Shown one piece after another: positions 12,901-22,981 of a stretch of DNA of 64,000 nt. Within the stretch, counting starts at the first letter, position 1. The number at the start of each line of letters is the position of its first letter. The translations under genes and the position numbers were made by a program. This DNA comes from Naegleria gruberi (lineage: Eukaryota), in NCBI GenBank assembly GCA_000004985.1, contig GG738863.1. The stretch is one strand, 5' to 3'. The notes beneath the pieces are model-generated. The model did no database searches. It had not been told where the DNA came from and saw only the letters and a list, made by a program, of their open reading frames with translations.

Positions 12901-13049
12901 GATGATGCTGATAAATTTTCCAACAAAAGGGCTGCTCTACTATCCTCCAAAGTTGGTTCTCTCACCTGCAAATTGATTTGATCATAGGTATTAACTGATG
13001 GTACCAAGCCAGTTGGCAATGTAACTGGGCGTCTTGATAGAAGTCTCAT
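6932..13049 (-). CDS. Thioester-containing protein (alpha-2-macroglobulin/TEP/CD109 family), about 2000 aa; 1 intron plus an apparent frameshift at an ambiguous base
   Basis: Exon 1 (12768..13049) ends ...DFFMR at a GTAAGT donor. A 56-nt intron follows, then an acceptor at about 12711. The roughly 5.7-kb main exon contains MG-domain-like repeats. The thioester region reads YPFECCEQISSRIL, which keeps the CxEQ core. The alpha/alpha-toroid TED region and the C-terminal receptor-binding-type domain lie in ORF 6932..7534. That ORF is in a different frame from 7306..12693, and the frame switch coincides with the N at 7499. Confidence 0.85.
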
Positions 13050-13320
13050 GTTATTTGATGATGATCAGATTAAAGTTTTTTTAAAATAAATTGCTGGTGT
13101 TGTTTTTTCTATTTTTTTTTGATGATAACTTTTCGATTTTTGTGGCCATTTAAATGTTGTAACTGGCAGCTCATGAACTTTATTCCTTGGAACTCCTTTT
13201 GTGTTATCTTGTGTAATATTGAGTTTTTGTAATTAAATATTTTATACAGTGTAACCATTAAGAAAGGTTACCAAGGAAGAGACTACTAGGGCAAAAGGGA
13301 AGGGCAAAGGATGCAGACCT

Positions 13321-15543
13321 TTAAGATTTGGACAGGAAAGTGTTCACCAGTTGACCATTTAATTGTGAACTGGAGAGGTTTGGTTCGAATAATTGTCTTG
13401 TTGAGGGATGGAGCATCTTGAAGGTTTCTTCACTAATATGCAATTGATTCATTCTACCATTTGCCTCAATAGAATTACACAGAGAAACTCCCTCACCAAA
13501 CAAATCAAAACTTTGCTTGAACTTTCCAACAACTGCTGCTGTAATATTGGTAGAGGTGTGAATTCCAATTCGGACACCAATCTTGTTAGGATAGTTCCCT
13601 CCACCCAGAAATGCTCTCTTTTCATTGAATTTCTCAATGGATTTAATCATTTCAAAGCCACACTTAACACATTGCTCTGCATGTTTCGGTTCGTCATAGG
13701 ATGAGCTATGATAAAGACCACCAGCTAGGAAATAGCAATCTCCAATGGTTTTAATCTTTTCCAGCTTGTTGGAGGAGCATAAATCATCAAAGTTTTCGAA
13801 TATATCATGGAGCATCTTGATAACACTTGTTGGATTCATGTCACTAGTCAATTTGGTAAATCCAACAATGTCACAATAGAGCAATGTACAACATACAATA
13901 GAGTCAATAACTTTCAGACCCATTGAAAGTCTTTGTGCAATGTTTTTAGGGAAAATTCGATCCGTTATTCTGGTCAATTGTTCCTCTTTCGTTGCAACCA
14001 TTCCAGTATCTCTAATGAATCCAATAAAGTGAGATTTTTGACTTTTTGGATCAATTACTTCTGAAATTCTGGTTTCTATTGAGAGAATTCGTCCACATTT
14101 CCCTTCTGCTTTGAGGAACCTTACACTGTCAATTACTTTTTTCTGACCAGTTCTCATGTATCTCTCTAAATAGTAATCGTGCTTTCTTCTATCTGAAGAG
14201 TTGCAAAGCATTTTAATGTTTTTACCGAGAACTTCATATTTCTGATAGCCAAAAACATTCACAGCCGAATGATTAAAAACCTGAATGATTCCTTCCTGGG
14301 TAATAGCAATGATTGGAATGACTGAAAGTTCAGTAATTGAATCACAAATAGTCTTGTTTTTCATAAGTTTCTCATCTTCTTCACTTGTTTTACATTGTTG
14401 AATGTAGAGACAGTAATGAATCGTGCCAGTTTTTTTAACGGTGACAACTTTACCGTGACAAGGGAATGATTTCTTGAGTACGTTTGAATAGCATGTGAGT
14501 TTTAAATCTCTTACCAAAAGCTTTCGTCTTCTTCTCGATCGTTCCTCTTTCCTTGCAATTGAATATGGCAATCCATGAGAGGCACAATGAGTTTCTGTTA
14601 TATCCCAAGAATTCAATGAACCAGTAAATCTTTCAATTTCCATCTGAATGTCCATAATTGACTGCTCATCCACATACTTTGAAAGATTTTCGCCTAGAGC
14701 CACAAATGAATGAATTCCAAATAATTTCTCAGATTCTGGATTTAAATACTCGATTTCAAACTTCTCATTGAATATAATGATAGGAAATCCACACAACATC
14801 ATTTGATCTATGGCAGAATTCAACTCCTCAGATTCTTCCTGCATGAGTGGTGCGTCATTTTCAGTATATCCATTCATTACACTTCCATACACTTGCAAAT
14901 CACTCACCAAATCGAATGCATCATGTGTATAATCAATTGCTTGTTCAGACTCTGCTTCTGTCTCACCTTCACAATATTCTGATTCGATTGTTTGTCCAAA
15001 ATTAGCAAGACCGTTCAGTAAATTATTAGAGCTTTGCAATCCTTTGAGAAGCCTGGACGAAAGTCCCTTCTTGAATCCTGCAGCCCTTTTCAGTGTTTGC
15101 ATTCCTTGCTCTCTACTCTGAACAGAGAGAAAACTTGCTCCACTTCTAGCAGAAGATTGGGCACTTTCACAACCCATATCTGTAGAGTTTAAATCAAGAA
15201 AGAGTGAGTTTTTCAATTCACCTGGTTTAAGGCAAATGGAGGCACTTGCAACAGCCATAGTTGAGTATTGTCTTCCGAGTTGAGTAGGTGGTTTTAGGAC
15301 TTTTCTTTTAGGAAAAAGAAGTGGTTCCTCTACTCCATACGTACTTGTAGCATCTCCATTATATTCTGAAGTTTCGCATGAAGATACAGAAATTGCAGAA
15401 TCATCGTCATCATCATTAAGAGAAATTGAAAAGCCAGAAGGTTTCGTAATAATGGTTGGACGACTGTAGGAGAAAGTCTGATACTCCAAGTCACCAGAAA
15501 TTGATTCTTGCTCCTCAACAAGCATTCGTTTCTTCATGATCAA
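13321..15543 (-). CDS. Class III nucleotidyl (adenylyl/guanylyl) cyclase with N-terminal PAS-like domains
   Basis: This is a single 740-aa ORF. The C-terminal cyclase homology domain reads YCDIVGFTKLTS...KIKTIGDCYFLAGGL...VRIGIHTS..AAVVG...FGEGVSLCNSIE. Two PAS-like segments lie upstream, and the N-terminus is acidic and Ser-rich. Confidence 0.8.
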   Translation of the reverse strand: MIMKKRMLVEEQESISGDLEYQTFSYSRPTIITKPSGFSISLNDDDDDSAISVSSCETSEYNGDATSTYGVEEPLLFPKRKVLKPPTQLGRQYSTMAVASASICLKPGELKNSLFLDLNSTDMGCESAQSSARSGASFLSVQSREQGMQTLKRAAGFKKGLSSRLLKGLQSSNNLLNGLANFGQTIESEYCEGETEAESEQAIDYTHDAFDLVSDLQVYGSVMNGYTENDAPLMQEESEELNSAIDQMMLCGFPIIIFNEKFEIEYLNPESEKLFGIHSFVALGENLSKYVDEQSIMDIQMEIERFTGSLNSWDITETHCASHGLPYSIARKEERSRRRRKLLVRDLKLTCYSNVLKKSFPCHGKVVTVKKTGTIHYCLYIQQCKTSEEDEKLMKNKTICDSITELSVIPIIAITQEGIIQVFNHSAVNVFGYQKYEVLGKNIKMLCNSSDRRKHDYYLERYMRTGQKKVIDSVRFLKAEGKCGRILSIETRISEVIDPKSQKSHFIGFIRDTGMVATKEEQLTRITDRIFPKNIAQRLSMGLKVIDSIVCCTLLYCDIVGFTKLTSDMNPTSVIKMLHDIFENFDDLCSSNKLEKIKTIGDCYFLAGGLYHSSSYDEPKHAEQCVKCGFEMIKSIEKFNEKRAFLGGGNYPNKIGVRIGIHTSTNITAAVVGKFKQSFDLFGEGVSLCNSIEANGRMNQLHISEETFKMLHPSTRQLFEPNLSSSQLNGQLVNTFLSKS

Positions 15544-16031
15544 TTATTGATGTTTTGAGGTTTTTTTAATAATACCGAATGACATTATCTGAAGTTTTTA
15601 AAAGTGGTGGCATGCAGATCTTCCTCAGATAGATATTTTTGCAGAAAGAGATAAGCAGGAAATTTTAATTACCCTTTTATATTAAAGTGAGGTTTCTTTT
15701 TGACTTTTTGTATTCTTAATCATGCCAGATCGTGAGATGAAAATTTTAAGGATTTGGCAATTATTGAAAAAAGACTTGATGTTATTTGACAAGATTTCAA
15801 AGTTGGCTCAATGGTTCAGCTAATTATCAAAGATTGTTGTTTGATTTCTTGTGTTGTTTCAAAATAAAGCACTTTAAAACACAAAAAAGTTGTTTTGCCA
15901 AATTGCTTAAAATCATGTGCGAAGCCAATCTCCAGACGTGGCATAGAATAAACCTTACTACTTGTTTGAATATTGGACTTGTCTTGGTAGAATCATATTA
16001 AAACGAAAGAAGTATTTGATTATGATTAAAT

Positions 16032-17267
16032 TTATTGCATTTTGGATGAAAGTAAAATGAATTGTTGGATAGTTTGGCTAACATCACCACCATTTTGTTC
16101 AAGAATATCAACAAGGGCTCTTTCATTAGTCATGCCCATATTGCTCAAAACGTCAAGTTGGAATTGATATTTTTCTTTAAGGGCATTGAATCTTTCATCT
16201 TCAAAGTCTTCTTCATCACTATCCTCATCATCACTATCGAATTCCCTAATATCATCAATCTTGAGATCTCTAACTTGTTGAATAGTTTGATCGACAGATT
16301 GTTGTTGTTGTTGTGGAGCTTCAGCAACTGGCAATGGATGAACAACTAAATCTAACCAGAAAGTATGTCCAAATTGAATATCACCAGAACACAATTTGAA
16401 ATATCCCTTAAGTGGGCCAAGTTTTCTTGGAATAAAAGTAACAGATACGTCCACTGATTGATTTGGACTAGCAACTGGAACATTAGAAGAAACAATTTGG
16501 AAAGGAAGAGCCTTGGAATCTCTACAATGTAATTGAACATTGGATGGCCAATTGGTTGAGCCAGGGTTGACAATCTTCCAAGTTTTGGTAATTTCTTGAT
16601 TAATATAAACTGATGATCCATCAGGCAAGTTGACATCAGAGGAAAATCTGGCAACAAAAGGAGTAGGTTGTTGAGAGGTATTAAGAGCTACAAAACCCAT
16701 AGAGTCTTCCATTACTGTAGCTGTGGTTGGATGAGTAGGTTGTTGTTGGGTTGTAACAGAAGAAGGTTGAATTAGAACAGGTTGAGGAGAACTTGATTTT
16801 GGTTGAATTGGTTGAGTTGGTTGGATTGGTGATTCAGGTTGTTTCTGTGGTGAGGATGGTTTTTGTGGAGTTATTGGTTGTGGTTGAATGGTTGCTGTTG
16901 GAGGTGTGGTAATTGGGATTTCCTTCTTTACTGGTTGTGTTGGTTGTTCCTTCTTCTTTGGAATAACCTTCTCCTTCAAAGTAACTTGCATACATGGTGT
17001 AGAGAAGGACTTTTTAGCATAGTTCCATTCATCTTCACTTGTTGTAACGATCAAATCATCTTCATTGTCTTTGTATTGAACAAGGTGAGTGGTAATATCG
17101 ATATTTAATTGGAATGCTTTGGAAACTTGTTGATAAAATTCAATCAATGTACAAGATGATGGCACGGAAAATCTTCTAATTGTATCATTGAGTTTGACTT
17201 TAACGGACAGTTGTTGAAAGACTCCATAGTTATTGTACATGATTTGTTGTGGATGAAACATTTTCAA
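16032..17267 (-). CDS. NBR1-like protein (PB1 domain, NBR1/FW-type Ig-like domain, C-terminal UBA)
   Basis: The N-terminal PB1-like fold reads VKVKLNDTIRRFSVP...YKDNEDDLIVTTSEDEW. A P/Q/T-rich linker follows. An NBR1-box-like beta-sandwich is present (WPSNVQLHC...GYFKL...FGHTFWLDLVV). An acidic stretch precedes a C-terminal UBA-like helix bundle (NERALVDILEQNGGDVSQTIQQFILLSS). Confidence 0.55.
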   Translation of the reverse strand: MKMFHPQQIMYNNYGVFQQLSVKVKLNDTIRRFSVPSSCTLIEFYQQVSKAFQLNIDITTHLVQYKDNEDDLIVTTSEDEWNYAKKSFSTPCMQVTLKEKVIPKKKEQPTQPVKKEIPITTPPTATIQPQPITPQKPSSPQKQPESPIQPTQPIQPKSSSPQPVLIQPSSVTTQQQPTHPTTATVMEDSMGFVALNTSQQPTPFVARFSSDVNLPDGSSVYINQEITKTWKIVNPGSTNWPSNVQLHCRDSKALPFQIVSSNVPVASPNQSVDVSVTFIPRKLGPLKGYFKLCSGDIQFGHTFWLDLVVHPLPVAEAPQQQQQSVDQTIQQVRDLKIDDIREFDSDDEDSDEEDFEDERFNALKEKYQFQLDVLSNMGMTNERALVDILEQNGGDVSQTIQQFILLSSKMQ

Positions 17268-17727
17268 TGATGATCGGTTGTTTTTCTTCGTTTGCTGCTT
17301 TTCACGTTTGTTTGCAATATTTGTCTCTTATCGGTTCAATCAAATAATAATTAAAATTGCTTTGGATCAAAATGAAGAAACGTGATGGCAGTTTTTTTCT
17401 TGTTGTGTTCTATTTTAATCCTCATACGTGATGCTGAGAAGAATTCCTTTCGAGGTTCATTGTGTTATTGGATTTAAATTAGAAGGTTACACATTTCCCT
17501 TCTCAACGTAAATCAATTCCTTCATATTTTGAAGATAAAACATTCAAATTCTCCAATCAAATTGATTTACAAGATGGATCATCAACATTAAATATTGTTT
17601 TACCTCTAGAAAATGCTGGAAATGAAAAAAATTAAAAAATATTTCATCACCAGCTATCGCATCATTCGTTTTCAAACTCTCTAATTTATTTAAAATTAAT
17701 ATTAAATAATTAATTGATTATTAGATA

Positions 17728-18999
17728 ATGCCTCCTCGTAAGAAAGTAGAACAACAAACAAGTTCTTTTGCTTGTCTTGAAAATATTTCGGAACATGAAA
17801 TTCAACAAATTGCTGTTAAAAAGAGGAGAGGACGGCCAAAAACAAAGCCTTCTATTTATGCCGATTTTCCAATTGCTGATTGTATGGGAAGAAATTGGAT
17901 TTTGAGTAATGAAAGTGAATTGAGAAGCAAAGTAGATTCATTCCGATTAGTGTGTTATAATATGCTTTGTCAAGACTATGCAAAGAAACCATACTTTCCA
18001 CACTTGTCGGATACCACTGAAATTTTGAGTTGGATTAATAGAAAGCATAGATTATTGGATGAATTTTTAAGCTATCATGCTGATATTATTTGTTTACAAG
18101 AAGTTGATAGATATGGTGATCATTGGAGGGAAAGATTATTAAAGAATGGATATGAATCAACTTATACTCAAAGAACAGGTGGTAAACCTGATGGTTGTGC
18201 CACATTTTGGAAGAGTGAAAAGTTTGAAAGTATTAGAAATATACCAATTTTATTCAATGATGTAGCAAGACAAATTACGAAAAATAGTGAATTGGAAACT
18301 CATGAAAAGTGTGATTTGAATGGAAATGTAGTGACCAGTTCTAATTCAATTTCCAAGTTTCTGACTAATAATGTGGCTAATCTAACACTCCTCAAACATA
18401 GATCAAGTGAAAAGTTGGTTTGCGTTGTGAATTTACACTTGTTTTGGGATCCTTCATTCCCTGAAGTTAAATTATGCCAAATATTTTACACTATGAAACA
18501 GACAAAGGATTATCTCACTTCCCTATCACTTGAGGATATTCAAATATTCTTTTGTGGTGATTACAACTCAATGCCAGATAGTGAAGTTTATGAATTTTTA
18601 ACAAAAGGTCAGACCTTTATTCCAGGACACTTGATTCCATTTTATGCAGACTCTGACTTTAAAGATAGTATTTCTCTAGTTGAGTGTGAGAATGATGATG
18701 GTGAAAAAACTTTCAAACACCAAATTACCAATCCATTTGGGACTGCAACGAGTTTATACAAAGCTGTATGTGGAGATGAACCAACATTCACCAATTATAC
18801 CAAAAATTTTAAGGGATGTTTGGATTATGTGATGGCTTGTAATTATCCTACCAGTGGTGAAGAAAAGGGTATTCTTGTCAGTCGAGCATTACAAATACTC
18901 ACAGAAGAGCAAGCATCTGAGTTTGAAGCTCTTCCTTCGATCAAGAATGCCTCAGATCACATTTCCCATGCATTCGATTTTGACATTATGAAACTATAA
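17728..18999 (+). CDS. Endonuclease/exonuclease/phosphatase-family deadenylase (CCR4/nocturnin/angel-like) with N-terminal AT-hook
   Basis: The 423-aa ORF has an AT-hook (KKRRGRPKTKP). The EEP catalytic core reads YNMLCQDYA...IICLQEVDRY...GKPDGCATFWK...CVVNLHLFWDP...FCGDYNS...DYVM. Confidence 0.7.
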   Translation: MPPRKKVEQQTSSFACLENISEHEIQQIAVKKRRGRPKTKPSIYADFPIADCMGRNWILSNESELRSKVDSFRLVCYNMLCQDYAKKPYFPHLSDTTEILSWINRKHRLLDEFLSYHADIICLQEVDRYGDHWRERLLKNGYESTYTQRTGGKPDGCATFWKSEKFESIRNIPILFNDVARQITKNSELETHEKCDLNGNVVTSSNSISKFLTNNVANLTLLKHRSSEKLVCVVNLHLFWDPSFPEVKLCQIFYTMKQTKDYLTSLSLEDIQIFFCGDYNSMPDSEVYEFLTKGQTFIPGHLIPFYADSDFKDSISLVECENDDGEKTFKHQITNPFGTATSLYKAVCGDEPTFTNYTKNFKGCLDYVMACNYPTSGEEKGILVSRALQILTEEQASEFEALPSIKNASDHISHAFDFDIMKL

Positions 19000-19005
19000 A
19001 TCAAC

Positions 19006-20349
19006 TCATACCAAGACCCTCTCTTCACTAATTTGTACAGAATTCATTGAATGAACATCTGTTGCTGTATCAATATTGAGATAAATATTGGTATTAGTGT
19101 CAGAGGCACGAATGGTTCCATTATTTTCAACTCTTGAAATTTCAAATTGTGGAGGTGGTTCATTCATTGAAATTAAATGAAGTTTTTGAGTCTTTCCACC
19201 TTCAATTTCACAAGTTCCTAGAAATCGTATCGTACAAACTTCGTCCAATATTGAAGCTGTTGTTCCATCACAAATTATTCCACTCTCTAAATGATCGATA
19301 GCATAATAACAATGAGCAATAGATGAATTGATTAATTCCCCATACAATCCAAAATGTCTTCTAAAATCCGATCCAACACTAGCTCTGTAACCATAACCAC
19401 TTGCAAATCCAACACCATCGACCTCTAAATTCTCCCTATGAATTAGTTCTTTCAAACAGTGAATTACTAATGAAGGATTGGACTCTGCCATATGTCGTTC
19501 AAAGCTCAATATAAATTTTAGACTCTTTCTATCAAAGAACATATCAAGAACACAACAGTTATATTGCTCTGAAACAACTTGAATAGAATTGACAATATTA
19601 TTCTTTGTTGCNNNNNNNNNNNNNNNNNNNNNNNNNNNNNNNNNNNNNNNNNNNNNNNNNNAATTAATTATATTCATTAATTTAGCTGTAGACAGAGGAG
19701 TGTTTGTTCCGAAAGTTTGAAGAGGAGCCATTAATTGTTTCCTCTTTCTAATAGTTGCATTTACCTGCTTAATAATCCTTTTCTTTTGAATTTTTGAATT
19801 AGATTTGAACCATTTTGCATCCTTTACAGTGTCTTGCAGATCTTTCTTTTTAGCCATTAATTCCATAGTATCACTAGGAGAAGCATTTACTATTAATGAA
19901 TTTAATGGAATACATTTTGCTCCCAAAATTTTCAATTGATTCTTTTTGGAAGTAACCTTGTCAGCTTTACGTTTTAGAACTAGAACACTTCTTTGATTAT
20001 CATCATGAGCAATAATGGAATAGGTTTGATTTTTTCTACTTGCAATCAGTGTTTCGAATGGAACAGTTTCAATATGTTGTAATTCTTCCTTTCTGATTTT
20101 ATAATTTTTAACCTTTTTAATTTTGTCAATGCATAGGGCAACATATTTTCTCTTCAACCATTGAAATACTCTATTACAACAAAATCCTTGATGAATGTGT
20201 TTCTTTAATTCTTTGGATGCAAGATTTCTTCCTGTTTTATTCAATAAAAAAGCTCTGTACCAACGTTTCTTGTTGTGAGTTGTTTGACAGCAAACACAAA
20301 CAGTTCCTTTATCAATTAGTTGTGTTGATCGTGATGACAACTTACACAT
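19006..20349 (-). CDS. Hypothetical protein (ORF interrupted by a 50-N assembly gap)
   Basis: The 447-aa ORF spans the gap at 19612..19661. The N-terminus is Cys-rich (CVCCQTTHNKKRWY...CCNR). I recognise no confident family. Confidence 0.35.
   Translation of the reverse strand: MCKLSSRSTQLIDKGTVCVCCQTTHNKKRWYRAFLLNKTGRNLASKELKKHIHQGFCCNRVFQWLKRKYVALCIDKIKKVKNYKIRKEELQHIETVPFETLIASRKNQTYSIIAHDDNQRSVLVLKRKADKVTSKKNQLKILGAKCIPLNSLIVNASPSDTMELMAKKKDLQDTVKDAKWFKSNSKIQKKRIIKQVNATIRKRKQLMAPLQTFGTNTPLSTAKLMNIINXXXXXXXXXXXXXXXXXATKNNIVNSIQVVSEQYNCCVLDMFFDRKSLKFILSFERHMAESNPSLVIHCLKELIHRENLEVDGVGFASGYGYRASVGSDFRRHFGLYGELINSSIAHCYYAIDHLESGIICDGTTASILDEVCTIRFLGTCEIEGGKTQKLHLISMNEPPPQFEISRVENNGTIRASDTNTNIYLNIDTATDVHSMNSVQISEERVLV
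19612..19661. other. Assembly gap (50 N)
   Basis: A run of exactly 50 N. Confidence 0.99.
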
Positions 20350-20699
20350 TTTTTTCCCAAGTTTTTCTTTCTGACAGTTCTAGAGAAAATTAGAATAATT
20401 TGTGCAAATTTTATTTTTAGCAACCAGCTAAAAAAACTGAGCTGAAAATTCCTCATTGCTTTCTTTACCTTTTTTCTCAATAACCAGAGAGAGAACTGCG
20501 GAGAACTGCAAGATTTGGATTGTTTACATCAAATAATAGTGATAATGGTAAGATCAGTTTCTAACTCGTGTTTCTGTACGTTTCCAACAGAGTTAAAGTT
20601 AAGGTAAATTACGCTCAGAAACAGCTGGTAAATTTCCACTTTTTTCCATTATTTTTTAAAAAAAACACAAGTTTATGCTGTAGCAAAGGACATCCGATA

Positions 20700-21161
20700 C
20701 ACGAGTACCTCTAGAAAATGCTGGAAATGAAAAAATTAAAAAATATTTCATCACCAGCTATCGCATCATTTGTTTTAAACTCTCTAATTTATTTAAAATT
20801 AATATTAAATAATTAATTGATTATTAGATAATAGATAATGCCTCCTCGTAAGAAAGTAGAACAACAAACAAGTTCTTTTGCTTGTCTTGAAAATATTTCG
20901 GAACATGAAATTCAACAAATTGCTGTTAAAAAGAGGAGAGGACGACCAAAAACAAAGCCTTCTATTTATGCCGATTTTCCAATTGCTGATTGTATGGGAA
21001 GAAATTGGATTTTGAGTAATGAAAGTGAATTGAGAAGCAAAGTAGATTCATTCCGATTAGTGTGTTATAATATGCTTTGTCAAGACTATGCAAAGAAACC
21101 ATACTTTCCACACTTGTCGGATACCACTGAAATTTTGAGTTGGATTAATAGAAAGCATAGA
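20700..21161 (+). repeat. Near-identical duplicate of 17560..18045 (promoter plus first 108 codons of the EEP deadenylase gene), ending at an assembly gap
   Basis: By eye, more than 95% identical to 17560..18045, with small indels in the upstream AT-rich part. ORF 20838..21160 encodes the same MPPRKKVEQQTSSFACLEN...WINRKHR as 17728..18048, then runs into the N gap. Confidence 0.85.
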
Positions 21162-21211
21162 NNNNNNNNNNNNNNNNNNNNNNNNNNNNNNNNNNNNNNN
21201 NNNNNNNNNNN
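21162..21211. other. Assembly gap (50 N)
   Basis: A run of exactly 50 N. Confidence 0.99.
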
Positions 21212-22630
21212 GTTTTGCTTTCAATACCATACAGTACATTTCTGTTCATGAACAGGTAGAGAGCATTTGCAAAAGTGTAATGGAAGGAAACAGAGTCAAG
21301 TGGATGAGAAGAAATATCCCTCGAAAGTGATGTAACTTGAAATAAATTAGGTGATTCCTCATTAGCCCTCAAAAATTGCCTACACTTTTCAAATATATCA
21401 CCACTAATATAAACATTACCTTGTTTACACTCTTTCAACAATTCCCTAACCCTTAGTAAAACTTCCCCTCCGAAAATTCTCAACCATTGAGATCCAAAAC
21501 CTCCCAAATGATAGGAAGTACACTCACCCACATTAATAACACATTTCACCTCCAATGGTGTGTCATTTGATTTGTAAGTTTTCAAATTGGTCATGGTTTG
21601 AATTTTAATTCCACATTTTACAGCTGCAAGAATTGAATCTGTGAAAGTTCTATCCATCCTAGGTGAGTAGAATTGACAAATAATCAAATCTCCTTGAAAT
21701 TTTTCAATATCTCCACCCATTTCATATATTACAGCAATTAAACTAGTGTACACATAGTAGATATATCTTGATATTTCAGAAACGTTGCAAGTATCCTTTT
21801 CATGATAGAAGGAGTCCACAATTTTTGAAAATCCTTTCATTTCAATAAGTAATATACATGTTTCATAGGAAAATTCACTCACAGGTGAGAGTAACTTCAT
21901 CTTTTCCTCTTCCACTGGTTTGATAGATGAAGTAGAACCATTTTGCTTGTATTTCTTCCACAAATTAATTCCAGGACTTGATGATTTCTTCTTATTATTT
22001 ACCAAAGCTCCTCTTACTAGGTGATGAAGATCTACTATTAGAATCACTATTATTTACAACATTATTATTAGGGATTGGTGATGTTGGACCAGGTGGTAGT
22101 GAAGGAGAATGTGGACGGTCAGATCCCTTATTAGAAGCAGATCCAGTACTAACAGAGAGAAAACTAGAGAATTTACTCTCTGTATCGAGACCTTCATTGG
22201 AATTTGTTTTCTGAAGGTGATGTCCTAGCTTTACCTTATATTGTTTACCCTCGCCTCCATAATATATATATCGGAGGCAATATAGTAAATGTTGAGGAAG
22301 GAAGGAGGTTGACAATTCGAGATTTAATTCCTCCTGTGATTTGGCCTTGGAAGGTGATACAGATTGATAATTATTCAAGCCAATAAAGCTCACTCTAGCA
22401 TTGGGTATTCGGAAGGAGCTTGCCTTCTTCATCTCTGCTGAGGCTCTCACTTGAATATTCTCAAATTCCTCACTGGTGATGGAGGTTCTTGATAGCTTGT
22501 CCCTTCCAAATTGAAACTTGGGCGAGAATGTATTAAGGGAGTGATGGCCACCTTGTGTTGTTGTGATGGATTTGCTGAGAGAAATGTGATCACCGCCCTG
22601 CTTATGAGAAGAGCTACAGATAGCTCCCAT
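21212..22630 (-). CDS. Class III cyclase paralog (N-terminal region plus first cyclase domain), truncated by gap; possible pseudogene or partial copy
   Basis: The protein starts MGAICSS, an N-myristoylation consensus. It is collinear with the N-terminus of the downstream sAC-like gene: SFRIP, FLPQHLLYCL, ETCILLIEMKGFS, IYEMGGDIEKFQGDLIICQFYSP, AAVKCGIKIQ. A frame change between ORFs 21995..22630 and 21145..22047 indicates an intron or frameshift. The 3' part is lost in the gap. Confidence 0.6.
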
Positions 22631-22981
22631 TTTAATAAAAATTTGTTGGTAGTGATAAAAACGTTATTTCTTATGCCCATCCAATGAACAAATTAGTGCA
22701 TTATTTGTTAGACCGTTGTGATGAACTTAAAGGAAAAGGAAACAGTAAATAGTAGTACCAAGGATAGTCTTACTCAATACTCCTTCTCACAGAATTATAA
22801 ATTGTTTTCTGGTATTGGAACTGCAAAGAACAGCTCCAAGAGTGAAATACTCATGAGTTGGTACTCTTTCCCATTTCCTTCTTGCTTTCGACACTACTTG
22901 AGATGGGTAAGTGAAACAGGGTTTTAACTTAATATTATTTTCCAAATCGGTATGCATGATGAATTAATAAAGATAGTCCAA

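Noticed and set aside
13380-13395. tRNA T-arm-like motif GGTTCGAAT
   Set aside because: It lies inside the cyclase CDS, with no cloverleaf context (no acceptor stem or anticodon arm nearby). I found no convincing tRNA anywhere in the window.
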